Shown here: positions 9,917 to 20,744 of the stretch, one piece after another | How positions within the stretch are numbered: the first letter of the stretch is position 1 | How the letters are laid out: each line of letters begins with the position of its first letter | Assembly (NCBI GenBank): GCA_963704165.1 | Contig: CAVPHD010000001.1 | Span: 128,001 to 192,000 of the forward strand | DNA length: 64,000 nucleotides | Source: an uncultured delta proteobacterium | GTDB taxonomy: Bacteria > Myxococcota_A > UBA9160 > SZUA-336 | Reading direction: 5' to 3' | Notes under the pieces: model-generated | The model's input: only the letters and a program-made list of their open reading frames with translations | Databases searched by the model: none | Told to the model about the DNA's origin: nothing | Program-made: the position numbers and the translations under genes

Positions 9917-11191
9917 ATGAGTGGAAGCGAAGCGTTTGCCATCGCGGTGATCGGGGGCGCGACGGCCGGTGCCGAGGCGGCCGACATTTTCGCGAAGCAC
10001 GGGATCCTGACGGTCGTGTTCGAACAGAACGCGCGCCCCTACGGAAAGGTCGAGGACGGCCTGCCGCGCTGGCACGCGGGCCTGCGCGCGAAGGAGTACG
10101 CGGCGATCGACGCGAAGCTCGCGCAGGAACACGTGCACTTCGTGCCGTCCACGCGGGTCGGCCGGGACATCGACCTGCGCGACCTGACCGAGCGCTGGGG
10201 CTTCCACTGCGTCGTGCTCGCCAACGGCGCCTGGCGCGATCGCCCGCTCGCGGTGCCCGACGCCGAGCGCTGGGTCGGAAAGGGCCTCGTCTACCAGAAC
10301 CCGTTCATCTACTGGTTCAACCACCACCACGAGGCCGGCTACGACGGACCGGTCTTCGAGGCGCTGGACGACACGATCGTGGTCGGCGGCGGGCTGGCCT
10401 CGATCGACGTCGCGAAGTCGATCAACCTCGAGCTCGCGCGGGGCGCGCTCGAGAGCCGCGGCGTCCACGCCGAGCTCGAGGAGCTCGAGGTCAAGGGCAT
10501 CCCGAAGGAGCTCGAGAAACACGGGCTCACCTGGGCGGAGCTCGGGTTCAAGGGTGCGACGCTCTTCTACCGTCGGCGGCCCGAAGACATGCCGCTCATC
10601 ACGCTTCCGGACGGGGCCGACGAGCGGCTCCGCACGAAGATCGAGAAGTCGCGCGCGAACATGCTCGAGAAGGCCACCTCGAAGTTCCTGTTCAACGTGC
10701 GCCCGCTGCGCGCGCCGCACTCGCTGATCATCTCGAACGACCGGGTCGCCGGCATGCGCTTCGCCGTGACGCGCATGGACGGCGGAAAGCTCGTGCAGAC
10801 CGAAGAGCTCGAAGAGGTCCGGGGGGCGCAGGTGATCAGCTCGATCGGCAGCATTCCCGAGCCGATTCCCGGCGTGCCGATGAAGGGCGAGCTCTACGGC
10901 TACTCGGACTGGGACCTCGGGCGACTGCCCGATTTCCCCACCCTGTTCGCGGCCGGGAACGTCGTCACCGGCAAGGGCAACATCGTCGATTCGCGAAAGC
11001 ACGCCCGGCACGTCGGCCAGCACGTCCGCGACGAGTACCTGTCCCTGGCCGAGAACGTGCGCTCGCTCGAGCCGCTCTCGGCTTCGGCGCGGGACGCGCT
11101 GCTCCGGCGCGTGCGCGAGCGCCAGAACGAGATCGGGTTCCGCGACTACCCGAGCTGGATCCAGGCCGCGCGCCCGCCCGAGTTCGTCTGA
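9917..11191 (+). CDS. FAD-dependent oxidoreductase (ferredoxin/adrenodoxin-NADP reductase-like)
   Basis: [11 protein letters not shown]-binding loop, [31 protein letters not shown] at 9917. Confidence 0.75.
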   Translation: MSGSEAFAIAVIGGATAGAEAADIFAKHGILTVVFEQNARPYGKVEDGLPRWHAGLRAKEYAAIDAKLAQEHVHFVPSTRVGRDIDLRDLTERWGFHCVVLANGAWRDRPLAVPDAERWVGKGLVYQNPFIYWFNHHHEAGYDGPVFEALDDTIVVGGGLASIDVAKSINLELARGALESRGVHAELEELEVKGIPKELEKHGLTWAELGFKGATLFYRRRPEDMPLITLPDGADERLRTKIEKSRANMLEKATSKFLFNVRPLRAPHSLIISNDRVAGMRFAVTRMDGGKLVQTEELEEVRGAQVISSIGSIPEPIPGVPMKGELYGYSDWDLGRLPDFPTLFAAGNVVTGKGNIVDSRKHARHVGQHVRDEYLSLAENVRSLEPLSASARDALLRRVRERQNEIGFRDYPSWIQAARPPEFV

Positions 11192-13200
11192 TGGCGAACC
11201 GTCTGGCACAGGAGAGCAGCGCCTACCTGCGCCAGCACGCGAAGAACCCGGTCGATTGGTATCCCTGGAGCGACGAGGCCTGGGCCCGCGCGCGGGCGGA
11301 AGACAAGCCGGTCCTGGTCTCGATCGGCTACTCGTCGTGCCACTGGTGCCACGTGATGGAGCGCGAGTCGTTCGAGGACCCGAACGTCGGGCGGCTCATG
11401 AACGAGCACGTGATCGCGATCAAGGTCGATCGCGAAGAGCGTCCCGACGTCGATCAGATCTACATGGAAGCGGTGCAGCGCATGACCGGCTCCGGCGGTT
11501 GGCCGCTCAACATGTTCTGCATGCCGGACGGCCGGCCGTTCATGGGTGGCACGTACTTTCCGCCGCGGCGAATGCACAACCGGCCGAGCTTCGCCGAGGT
11601 CGTGCTCGCCGTCTCGCGCGCCTTTACGACGCAGCGCGACGACGTCCGCAAGGCCGCCGAAGAGGTGCTCGCGTCCCTGCACGCGCGGCCCGAGGTCACC
11701 GCTCCCGAGCCGCTCGGTTGCGAGTCCCTCTCGGTGCTCGTTCGCCAGCTCATGGCGCGTGCCGATCGCCGCCACGGCGGTTTCGGCGCGGCGCCGAAGT
11801 TCCCGACACCGACGAATCTCGAGGCCATCCTCGCCGCGGTCCGGCTCGGCATCGCTCGTGGCGACGCGCTCGATCACGTCGTCTTCACGCTCGAGAAGAT
11901 CTCGCGCGGGGGGATCTTCGATCAGCTCGGCGGCGGCTTTCACCGCTACTCCACCGACGAGCGCTGGCTCGTGCCGCACTTCGAGAAGATGCTGTACGAC
12001 AACGGGCAGCTCTTGCGCCTGTACGCCGAGGCGTACCGGCTGAAGGCGAACGAGAACCTGCGCTGGCCCGTCGAGGAGACGATCCTCTGGCTCGAGCGCG
12101 AGATGCGCGACCCGGCCGGGGGTTTTTTCGCGAGCCAGGACGCCGACAGCGAGGGCGAGGAGGGCCGATTCTTCGTGTTCTCGCCCGACGAGGTGGCCGC
12201 GGTGCTCGGTCCCGAACTCGGCGCGGAGTTCTGCGACGCCTACGGTGTCGAGCCGCAGGGCACCTTCGAGCACAGCGGGAAGAGCGTGCTCACGCACGGG
12301 CTGGCCGGCGAGCGGCCACGCTACGCCGACGCCCGCGCGCGTCTGTTCGCGGCTCGGAGCGAGCGCGTGGCACCGGCGACCGATCGCAAGAACGTCTGCG
12401 CCTGGATCGGCTACGCGATCTCGGGTCTCGCAGCCGCGGGCACGAGCTTCGCGCGGCCGGACTGGATCGCCGCCGGTGCACGCGCGGCCGAGTTCGTCCT
12501 CTCGCACATGTCGAATGGAGGCCGCGGCTTGCGGCGCGTCTACGAGGACGGCGAGGCGAAGATCCCCGCCTTTCTCGACGACCACGCCTCGCTCGCGCTC
12601 GCGCTTCTCGACCTGCACCGCGCCGACGGCGATTCGCGCTGGGTCGAGTCGGCGTTGGTGGTCGCGGACGAGCTGCGCGCGAACTTCTTCGACGCGGAGA
12701 AGCGGGAGCTCTTCTTCACCTCGACGAACGACGCGACCCTGATCCTGCGGCCCGCGAGCGACGGCGACGGTGCGACGCCCGCGGGGGCGGGGCTCGCGGT
12801 CCTCGCGCTCCTGCGCCTTCACGAGTTGACCGGACGCGCCGATCTCGGCGAAGTCGTCGAAGCCGTGATCGAACGCGAGGGGCCCGTCGCCTCGCGCGCT
12901 CCGCTCTACCTGCCGACGCTCACGCGTGCGGCCGCGCTTCGCGACGCCGGTCTCGGAGTCGCGATCGTCCTCGGCGATCCCGGCGACGCGCGCACGCAGG
13001 CGCTCGCCGCGCGCGCGCGAACGCTGCTCGGCCCGGAAGATGCGGTCGTGATCGTCCCACCGGGCGCCAGACCCGATTGGCTCGCGCCCGAACTTCTCGA
13101 AGACCGAGTTCAACGCGCGGGCGCACCCACCGCATATCTGTGTCGGGGGCAGGCCTGCTCGCTGCCCGCGACCGATCCCGAGGCGATGAGGCTGCCCTGA
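11191..13200 (+). CDS. Thioredoxin domain-containing protein (YyaL/SSP411 family)
   Basis: [53 protein letters not shown]. Confidence 0.93.
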   Translation: MANRLAQESSAYLRQHAKNPVDWYPWSDEAWARARAEDKPVLVSIGYSSCHWCHVMERESFEDPNVGRLMNEHVIAIKVDREERPDVDQIYMEAVQRMTGSGGWPLNMFCMPDGRPFMGGTYFPPRRMHNRPSFAEVVLAVSRAFTTQRDDVRKAAEEVLASLHARPEVTAPEPLGCESLSVLVRQLMARADRRHGGFGAAPKFPTPTNLEAILAAVRLGIARGDALDHVVFTLEKISRGGIFDQLGGGFHRYSTDERWLVPHFEKMLYDNGQLLRLYAEAYRLKANENLRWPVEETILWLEREMRDPAGGFFASQDADSEGEEGRFFVFSPDEVAAVLGPELGAEFCDAYGVEPQGTFEHSGKSVLTHGLAGERPRYADARARLFAARSERVAPATDRKNVCAWIGYAISGLAAAGTSFARPDWIAAGARAAEFVLSHMSNGGRGLRRVYEDGEAKIPAFLDDHASLALALLDLHRADGDSRWVESALVVADELRANFFDAEKRELFFTSTNDATLILRPASDGDGATPAGAGLAVLALLRLHELTGRADLGEVVEAVIEREGPVASRAPLYLPTLTRAAALRDAGLGVAIVLGDPGDARTQALAARARTLLGPEDAVVIVPPGARPDWLAPELLEDRVQRAGAPTAYLCRGQACSLPATDPEAMRLP

Positions 13201-13235
13201 ATCCTGCGGATCGCCGGTGAAGCGCGATGAGCTCG

Positions 13236-14459
13236 CTACCTCGAGCTCGTCATCATTCGAACGTCTCGTACCGAATAGGCGGCCAGCGTCGGCAGGATGA
13301 CGGTGAGAGCCGCGATCCACAGAGTCGGACGATGGCCGATCCGTTCGAACAGGAAGCCCGCAACGACGATGCCCAGCGGCGCGAGTGAGACCGAGCCCAG
13401 ATGATCGTACGCGCTCACCCTGGAGAGCATGTTCGCCGGGATCTTCTGCTGAAGGGTCGTATACCAGAGCACCGCGAAGACCTGACCCGCAATCCCTTCG
13501 ACGAACGCCGCGGCCGCGACCACGGTGACGGGAAGCGGAACCGACAGGGCCAGGGGCACCGTGCAGAACGCAAAGGTGCAGAGCGTCGCAATGCGCATGG
13601 GATGGCGTGCCTCGACCCTCATGCTGAGCAGGCCGCCGACCAGGGTTCCCAGACCGAAGGTTGCCGCGATCGCGCCCCAGTCCATCGCTCCATTCATGAA
13701 CTGGCGGGCCACCGCGGGCCCGATCAAGCCGAACACGCTCTCCATCGAGGCAACCAAGAGCGAGAACTGCAAGACGATGACCCAGAGCCAGGTGTGGGAA
13801 GTGAACTCGCGCCAACCCAGCCGAAGATCGTGGATGACGGACGCCTTCTCGGACGGCGCCTGGAGCCCGGGTTTGAGCGAGAGCACCAGCAGCGCCGACA
13901 CCCCGAAGGAAAGGGCATCGATCAAGAGCGTCAGCCCGGCGCCGAACACCGCCACCAAGGCGCCGCCCAGAGCCGCCCCACCCGCGACCGCGCCATTCCG
14001 GGCCGAGCCCAGGAGTGCATTCAGATTCCGAAGCTCGCCCCGGTCGACCATCTGAACGATCAGCCCGGTCGACGCCGGCGCGTTGAGCGCCATCGCGGTT
14101 CCGTTCACCAGCATGAGCAGAGTCAGCAGCGCGACCGTGGCCGTGCCCGAGAGAAACAGGAACGCGATCACGAGTTGGGCGAACATCGCCAGAACTTCGG
14201 CCGCCACGATCATGCTCTGCCGAGAGGTCCGATCGGCGAGGACACCCCCGATCAGGATGACGGCGATCAACGCAACCGTGGGTGCGGCGATGACGAAGCC
14301 GGCATCGGCGGTGGAGCCGGTCAGCTCGAGCACGCCGAAGGCCATCGCAATCGGCGCCATCGCCGTCCCGGTGTAGGTGATCAGGTAGGCGATGAAGAGC
14401 CGACTCACGTCGCGTCGGCGCAGAAGCCGCAGTCCCGCCCGAATGCCACTCTCGGCCAC
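13236..14459 (-). CDS. MFS transporter (probable efflux, MFS_3/DHA3-like)
   Basis: About 12 hydrophobic segments, GGVLADRTSR motif A, LQQKIPANMLSRVSAYD. Confidence 0.88.
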   Translation of the reverse strand: MAESGIRAGLRLLRRRDVSRLFIAYLITYTGTAMAPIAMAFGVLELTGSTADAGFVIAAPTVALIAVILIGGVLADRTSRQSMIVAAEVLAMFAQLVIAFLFLSGTATVALLTLLMLVNGTAMALNAPASTGLIVQMVDRGELRNLNALLGSARNGAVAGGAALGGALVAVFGAGLTLLIDALSFGVSALLVLSLKPGLQAPSEKASVIHDLRLGWREFTSHTWLWVIVLQFSLLVASMESVFGLIGPAVARQFMNGAMDWGAIAATFGLGTLVGGLLSMRVEARHPMRIATLCTFAFCTVPLALSVPLPVTVVAAAAFVEGIAGQVFAVLWYTTLQQKIPANMLSRVSAYDHLGSVSLAPLGIVVAGFLFERIGHRPTLWIAALTVILPTLAAYSVRDVRMMTSSR

Positions 14460-14592
14460 GTCGCATCATCCCATTCACGCATTGCGAGGAACACCCGAGT
14501 CGAGCCGTCGCACTCGTTTCCGTTCGAGGCGAGCTCCGGGTAGGAAAGGGGAGCGACGAGCGCCCGCGGCTGCACGCCGCAAGCCCCGAGGT

Positions 14593-15453
14593 CTAGCCGC
14601 CGGTCTCCATCGGCAGGGACGGATCGCGCGACCACTCGTCGAGCGAACCGTCGTAGACCGCCACGTTCGACTGCCCGAGCATGAGCAGTGCGAAGGCGTT
14701 GGTCGTCGCGGCGATGCCGCCGCCGCAGTAGCTGATGACGCGCGCGCGAGCGAGCGCTCCGGTCCCGGCGAACTGCGCGCGAAGCCGATCGTCGGGCAGG
14801 AATTCACCGGTCGCGCGATCGACGAGCTCTCTGAACGAGACGTTCTCGCTTCCCGGCACGTGTCCGGGCCGCGCGTAGCCGAGGCTGACCTCGCCGCGAT
14901 GAATCGGGCCGGGCAGAGCGTCGAGGGTGCAGACTCCTCGATCGCCGATGGCCTCGAGCACGTCGCCGGTGGTGGCCCAGACCTCCTCGTGCAGGCGCGG
15001 CTCGTAGCTCACGCGCGGGTAGCTCGCGGGCTCGGTCGAGAGCGGTCGACCCTCGGCCCGCCAGCGTGCGAGCCCACCATCGAGCACGCTCACCCGCTCG
15101 TGCCCCGCGTAGCGCAGCACCCAAAAGGCGCGCGTGGCCCACATCACGTCGGTGCCGCTGTACAGCACCACCGGGCTCGAGCGCGAGATTCCGAGCCGCG
15201 ACAGCGCCTCGCGGAGCTGCGGCTCCGACGGCCGCGTGAACGCGAGCTCGGCTTCTGGATCGGAGAGATCCGCGAGCAGGTCGATGAACGCGGCCCCGGG
15301 AACGTGACCGGCGTCGTACACGTCGCGTGCCGCGCGCGCTCCACCACCGCCCAGGTGCACGCTGCAGTCGAAGACGCGCAGCGCCGGATCGGCGAGTTCT
15401 GCCTCGAGCTCGGCCGGGCCGATCAGCAGATTCTCGCGTCGCGTCGTGGTCAT
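14593..15453 (-). CDS. Two-domain sulfurtransferase (rhodanese/3-mercaptopyruvate sulfurtransferase)
   Basis: GHVPGA, VLDGG, active-site YCGGGIAA, YDGSLDEW; ATG at 15453. Confidence 0.9.
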   Translation of the reverse strand: MTTTRRENLLIGPAELEAELADPALRVFDCSVHLGGGGARAARDVYDAGHVPGAAFIDLLADLSDPEAELAFTRPSEPQLREALSRLGISRSSPVVLYSGTDVMWATRAFWVLRYAGHERVSVLDGGLARWRAEGRPLSTEPASYPRVSYEPRLHEEVWATTGDVLEAIGDRGVCTLDALPGPIHRGEVSLGYARPGHVPGSENVSFRELVDRATGEFLPDDRLRAQFAGTGALARARVISYCGGGIAATTNAFALLMLGQSNVAVYDGSLDEWSRDPSLPMETGG

Positions 15454-15608
15454 GATGTCGATGCTACCTGATGTCCTCCGTCGTCGGCGAGAAATGAAGG
15501 TCGATCGCGCACGCGGTCGCCGTCGGGGCGGGGTATGCTCGCTGCCGGCGACCGATCTCGAGACGACGAGGCTAGCCTGGGAGTTCCGCTCAACGTGCGG
15601 GGAGGACG

Positions 15609-16184
15609 ATGACCATGCCGATCGAAGACATCTCCGTCGAGAACGCGCATCGACGCCGCGAGGAGTTTCACGCGATCGACGTCCGCGCCGAGCACGAGTA
15701 CCGCGGACCGCTCGGTCACCTAGGCCGCTCGCTGCTCGTGCCGCTCCCCGATCTCGAGGCGCGGGCGGAAGAGCTCCCGAAGGGCCGGCCGCTTCTGCTG
15801 ATCTGCCGCTCGGGTGTCCGCTCCGCCAAGGCGTGCGAGAAGCTCGCCGCGCTCGGAATCCCGAACGTCGTGAATCTCGAGGGCGGAATGATCGCGTGGA
15901 ATCGCGCGCAGCTGCCCGTCGAACGGGTCGAGCCACCGTCGCTCGCTGCGCTTCTCGATCTGGTCGTTCGCTGGGTCGCGCAGGTCAGCGCACAGAGCCC
16001 CGACCTGGTGCGAGAGCAGTTCGGTGCTCGTCTGGCGCAGCTCGGCTCGTCGCTCGAATCGCCGAAGCAGGCCGCGCTCGCCCAACTGCTCGACTTCGTC
16101 GAGGAGTCACTCTCGCGCAAGGACGCGCCTCCGGACCTCGATCTCTCGCTCGCTTCGTTCCGACGTTCTCTCTCGGTTCTCTGA
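15609..16184 (+). CDS. Single-domain rhodanese with C-terminal helical extension
   Basis: IDVR-x3-EY, ICRSGVRS, NLEGGMIAW; GGAGG RBS. Confidence 0.88.
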   Translation: MTMPIEDISVENAHRRREEFHAIDVRAEHEYRGPLGHLGRSLLVPLPDLEARAEELPKGRPLLLICRSGVRSAKACEKLAALGIPNVVNLEGGMIAWNRAQLPVERVEPPSLAALLDLVVRWVAQVSAQSPDLVREQFGARLAQLGSSLESPKQAALAQLLDFVEESLSRKDAPPDLDLSLASFRRSLSVL

Positions 16185-16193
16185 GCGAGCCCG

Positions 16194-17096
16194 ATGGCCG
16201 CGCTCGGCTTCGCGCTCAGCGTATTGATCGGCGTCTCGCTCGGGTTCTTCGGCGGCGGGGGCTCGATTCTCTCCGTGCCGCTGCTCGTCTACGTCTTCGG
16301 GCTCGATCCGAAGCAGGCGATCGCGAGTTCGCTCTTGATCGTGGCTGCCGCGAGTGTCTCGGGAGCGATCCAGCACTGGCGGGCGGGGAATGTCGAGCTG
16401 CGCACGAGTCTGTTCTTCGGCGTGGCGGGCATGACTGGCGCGCACATCGGCGGTCGCGCGGGAGCGTTCCTCGACGGAACACTTCTGCTCCTGCTCTTCG
16501 CGGCGATGATGGTCATCACCGCGCTGGGCATGTGGCGCGGCCGGCGCGTGCCGAAAGGCGCCGAGCCGGGCAAGCGCTCGCTCGGTCCGCTGATCGCGCA
16601 GGGCTTCGGAGTCGGGCTCTTCACCGGGCTCGTGGGTGCAGGTGGGGGCTTCCTGATCGTACCCGCGCTCGCGCTCTGGGCGGGGCTCCCCATGCCGGCC
16701 GCGGTGGGAACCTCGCTCGTGATCATCGTGGGGAACACGCTCGCCGGTTTCTCCGGCTACTCGGGCCACGTGGACGTCAGCTACGGCCTGATCGCGGCCG
16801 TCGCCGCCTGCGCGATCGCGGGCTCCTTCGCCGGAACGAGCCTGGCGCACCGCATCAACCCGGCATCTCTTCGGCGCGCGTTCGCGGGCTTCGTCCTCGT
16901 CATGGCGACCCTCATTCTCGTGCGCGAGGTCGACGTCTGGCTCGCGACGGTGCGCACCGCCCTGCCCGACTCGGCGCCGCAGATCGTCTTCGCGCTGATC
17001 GTGCTCGCGATCGGAATCGCGGCGGGTCGCGTATCGCGCCGGGCTGCAACGGACCCGCTGCCCGAGAGCGCGTTCGACCAGGGCGCGGGGATCTGA
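16194..17096 (+). CDS. Sulfite exporter TauE/SafE family permease
   Basis: GFFGGGGSILSVP and GLVGAGGGFLIVP repeats, AVGTSL. Confidence 0.9.
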   Translation: MAALGFALSVLIGVSLGFFGGGGSILSVPLLVYVFGLDPKQAIASSLLIVAAASVSGAIQHWRAGNVELRTSLFFGVAGMTGAHIGGRAGAFLDGTLLLLLFAAMMVITALGMWRGRRVPKGAEPGKRSLGPLIAQGFGVGLFTGLVGAGGGFLIVPALALWAGLPMPAAVGTSLVIIVGNTLAGFSGYSGHVDVSYGLIAAVAACAIAGSFAGTSLAHRINPASLRRAFAGFVLVMATLILVREVDVWLATVRTALPDSAPQIVFALIVLAIGIAAGRVSRRAATDPLPESAFDQGAGI

Positions 17097-17105
17097 GGCC
17101 GGCGC

Positions 17106-19212
17106 CTAGACCGCGAGCCCGTACAGGCGCAGCAGCGCGTCGGTGCGCGGCTCGCGGCCGCGAAAGCCGACGAAGACCTCCATCGCGGGACGGCTGCCTC
17201 CGAGCGCGAGGACGGTTTCGCGATAACGCCGTCCGGTGTCGCAGAGGCGAGCGGCGTCCTCGAGACCCGCTTCCTCGAACGCGGCGAACGCGTCGGCCGA
17301 GAGCACCTCCGCCCACTTGTACGAGTAGTACCCCGCGGCATAGCCGCCGCGCGAAGATGTGAGAGAACGCGCACAGGAATCGGTCCTCGGCGAGCGGCGG
17401 CAGCACCGCGGTCGTCGCGGCGATTCGCTGCTCGAGGTCGAAGATCGTCTCGCTGCCCGGCGGGATCGAAGCGGTGGTGGAGCTCCAGGTCCATGACCCC
17501 GAAGAAGAGCTGCCGCAGCATCGCGGATCCCGCGCGGATACGTGCGCGCGGCGCGAAGCTTCTCGAAGAGCGCGTCGGGCAGCGGCTCCCCGGTCTCGTA
17601 GTGGCGCGCGAAGCCGAGCAGCGTCTCGCGGTGGTAGCACCAGTTCTCCATGAACTGACTCGGCAGCTCGACCGCGTCCCACTCGATGTTGCGGATTCCC
17701 GAAGCCAGGCCGTGATCGACCCGCGTCAGCATGTGCTGCAGACCGTGACCGAACTCGTGAAACAGCGTCTCGACCTCGTCGAAGCTCATCAGCGACGGCT
17801 TGTCGCCGACGGGCGGCGTCTGGTTGCAGACGAGATGGGCGACCGGCAGACGCGGGCGGCCGTCTGCGTCCCGGCAAGAGCCCGCTGCGACCAACGCACT
17901 CGTCCATCCAGGCGCCGCCGCGCTTCTCCGCCGGGCCGCGAGTACGGGTCGAGGTAGAACGCGGCGATCGGCTCGCCCGCGTCGTCGCAGACGCGGAAGA
18001 AGCGCACGTCCGGGTGCCAGACCGGTGCCTCGCCGTCGGCCGCGCGGATGCGCACGTCGAAGAGCCGCTCGGCGAGCTCGAACAGCCCGTCGAGCACGCG
18101 CGGCAGCGGGAAGTACGGGCGCAGCGTCCTCGTCGCTGTAGGCGTAGCGCTCCTCGCGCAGCCGCTCGGCCCAGATAGGCCACGTCCCAGTGGAGCGAGC
18201 CGGCTCGACCTGACCGCTGCTCGCGCGCGAATGCGCCGCAGCTCGTCGAGCTCGCGCTGCGCCGCGGTGTAGGAGGCTCGGCGCAGCTCCTCTAGGAGCT
18301 TCTCGACCGCCTCGACGTCCGGGCGCCATCTTGCGTCGCGAGGCAGAGCTCGGCGAAGCTCGCGAAGCCGAGCAGCCGCGCCTCCTCGGCGCGCAGTGCG
18401 AGGATCCGCTGATCAGCACGGCGTTGTCGGTCTCGCCCGAGCTCGCGCGCGTGACGTAGGCGCGGTAGAGCCGCTCGCGCAGGTCGCGACGCGCCAGGTG
18501 CTGCAACGCGGGACGAAGCGAGGGTGGGTCGAGCGTGAGACGCCACGGGCCGTGCTCGGCCGTCGCGTCGGCCTCGCCCGACGCACGCGCGGACTGTGCG
18601 GCCAGCGCGAGCGCGCTCGGCGGCAGACCCTCGACTTCTTCTCGCTCGCGCAGGACGAGCGAGTACGCCTTCGTCGCGTCGAGCACGTGGTTCGAGAACG
18701 TCGTCTGGAGCTCGGCGAGCTCGGTCTGGATCGCGTTGAAGCGCTCCTTGGCCGCCCCTTCGAGCCCTACACCGGAGAGCACCGCGTCGCGGACCAGGAT
18801 GTCGACGATGCGCCGCTGCGCCGGGTCGAGCCCCGAGGTCTCGACGCCCTTCTTCTGCAGCGCGACGAACGCTTCGTAGAGCGGGCGGCTCTGCGCCGCG
18901 CGGATGATGAGGCGCACCACGTCGGGCTGCACCGCCTGGTGCGCCGCGCGCAGTGCCGGATCGTCCTTCACGCCGACCAGATGCCCGACGATGCCCCAAC
19001 GCGTGCGGAGCCGATCCGAAAGCTGCTCGAGCGGCTCGACCGACACCGGTCCAGCTCGGCTCGACGGAGCGCTCGAGCTCGGAGAGCTCACGCTCGAGCT
19101 CGGCGAGCAGCGCTCGCATGCCGGGCTCGACGTGCTCGGCACGGATCTCGTCGAACCGCGGGAGCCCGCGCTCATCGAGCAGCGGATTGTCGTTCTGCGG
19201 CGCTTCGCTCAT
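17106..19212 (-). CDS. prlC: Oligopeptidase A (M3 family); several frameshifts, probably sequencing errors
   Basis: Collinear pieces across frames: MSEAPQNDNPLL..LPRFDEI, FSNHVLDAT, FYLDPYSR, KRGGAWMD, TLFHEFGHGLQHML (HExxH), WDAVELPSQFMENW, GYAAGYYSYKWAEVL. Confidence 0.9.
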
Positions 19213-20702
19213 CAGAAGCGAATGATGTACGAGACTTCCGTTCCCGGGTCGAGCGGCCGTGCGACGAGCTCGATCCAGCTGTGATCGCTCGCGAGCCGGA
19301 GCAGCGCGCGACGCGCGAAGAGCCGGCGGGTCTCGATACGCGGCGCGACCGCGCCGCCGGGGATGTAGACGCGCGCCGTCACGCCGCGCGCGGTGACCGC
19401 TCCCCGGTTCTCGAACACGACGCGCACGCGGTCGCTCGCGAGCGGCTCGATCCGAGCCCCGACCTGATCGCGCGCGAGCCACCAGTCGGCGAGCTCGTCC
19501 GGACGCGCGAACCACGCGCCGCGCAGGGCGAGCTCCTGTCCGAGGCTCTCCAACAGTGCCTCGCGTCCCTTCGCTTCGGGCCGGTGGATCCTGGCGCGCA
19601 GCGAGAATACCGACCCCATCCGCTCGGCCCGCTCGTAGCCGGAGAGTAGCTCGCGAAGCAGGGCGGAGCCCTCGGCGTCGCCATGCGGCCTGGGTTCGGG
19701 TATCGAGACGAAGGGCGCGCCCGCGTGGGCCAGGATGTCCGGGAGTGCCCGCGCACCCGCCGCGGTCGTGGCGAAGCGGCAGCCGCCGGAGATCAGCTCC
19801 TCGAGTCCCCCCGTGGGGATCTCGTTCGTGTCGACCCGACACGGATCGGTGGGAAGATCCGTCCCGGTGCTCGCACCGACGAGCACCGCGCAGGGCCGCC
19901 CGTCCGGCCAGGGACGCAGGTCGAGGGAGGGCGCGCGTGAAGCGAAACGAAGCGCGTTTCCGGCGACCCGCTGCGCCACGTCCCCATCGGTCAGCTGCCC
20001 GATCGAGAAGCCCAGCCAGGCGATCCGGGCGCTCCGATGCCGGCCAAAGAGCGCGCCCGACCCGGATCTCGTCCCGCGAAACTCGAGCGCACCAGGAGAG
20101 GCGGCGGCGAGCACTCGAGCCGGCTCGGCGAGCACGAGCTCTGCCCCGGGGACGAGGCCAGCAACGAGCGGGCTTCGGCCGACGACCTGGAGCTGCCTCG
20201 ATGCGGCTTCGGGCCTGGCGAAGCGCTCCCCGGGAAACAGCCGCTCGAGCACGCTTCGCGTCGGTCGGGTCCCGGTCTCGGAATACCGGCCCACGGCGCC
20301 GGTCAGGATCAGGCCGCCGTTCCCCGCGAGATAGGCGTCGAGTGCGACCCAGTCCGCGTCGGAGAGGCGCTCCTGTCCCGGAAGGATCCAGACCGCGAAG
20401 CGGCCCGGATCGAGCTCCGCGAGGCTCGTGCCGTCGAAGAGCTCGACGGATCGATCGAGCGATGCACCGGCCTCGCGCCAGGCTTCGATCTCGGCCTGGC
20501 GTCGATCCCCGCGCGCTTCGCGGTTTCCGGCGAGATCGACGACGACCACCGGCCGCCGCGGTTGCAGTGCGAGCCGGGCACGCGCGTGGCGAGCGGACTG
20601 ATTGTCGACGACGCCCAGGGAAACGAGCGCGAACAGCAGGATCGCGCCGGCCCAGACGAACGCAGCTGGTGAAGTCCGAACCCGGTAGTCGCCAAATGGC
20701 AT
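19212..20702 (-). CDS. Membrane-anchored hypothetical protein: class I GATase-like domain plus a possibly degenerate polysaccharide-deacetylase-like region
   Basis: N-terminal TM helix; FAVWILPGQERLSD..YLAGNGGLILTG resembles the GATase-like/beta-galactosidase trimerisation fold; PWPDG and AWFARPDELADWW resemble NodB domain borders. Confidence 0.5.
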   Translation of the reverse strand: MPFGDYRVRTSPAAFVWAGAILLFALVSLGVVDNQSARHARARLALQPRRPVVVVDLAGNREARGDRRQAEIEAWREAGASLDRSVELFDGTSLAELDPGRFAVWILPGQERLSDADWVALDAYLAGNGGLILTGAVGRYSETGTRPTRSVLERLFPGERFARPEAASRQLQVVGRSPLVAGLVPGAELVLAEPARVLAAASPGALEFRGTRSGSGALFGRHRSARIAWLGFSIGQLTDGDVAQRVAGNALRFASRAPSLDLRPWPDGRPCAVLVGASTGTDLPTDPCRVDTNEIPTGGLEELISGGCRFATTAAGARALPDILAHAGAPFVSIPEPRPHGDAEGSALLRELLSGYERAERMGSVFSLRARIHRPEAKGREALLESLGQELALRGAWFARPDELADWWLARDQVGARIEPLASDRVRVVFENRGAVTARGVTARVYIPGGAVAPRIETRRLFARRALLRLASDHSWIELVARPLDPGTEVSYIIRF

Positions 20703-20744
20703 CGCCCGCTCCGCGCCCCGAGCGACTCTTCGGCGAAGCCGCGC

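Noticed and set aside
11146..14478. 1110-aa minus-strand ORF, and similar long ORFs such as 31486-34215, 54858-57326, 58854-61256, 1834-3516 and 7315-9051
   Set aside because: Shadow or alternate-frame ORFs over well-supported genes; Arg/Ala-rich with no motifs, as expected in high-GC DNA with few stop codons.
17106..19212. prlC, msrPQ and other broken genes as true pseudogenes or programmed frameshifts
   Set aside because: Several indels per gene in patches, no slippery heptamers noticed and catalytic motifs intact; sequencing error is more parsimonious, though unproven without reads.
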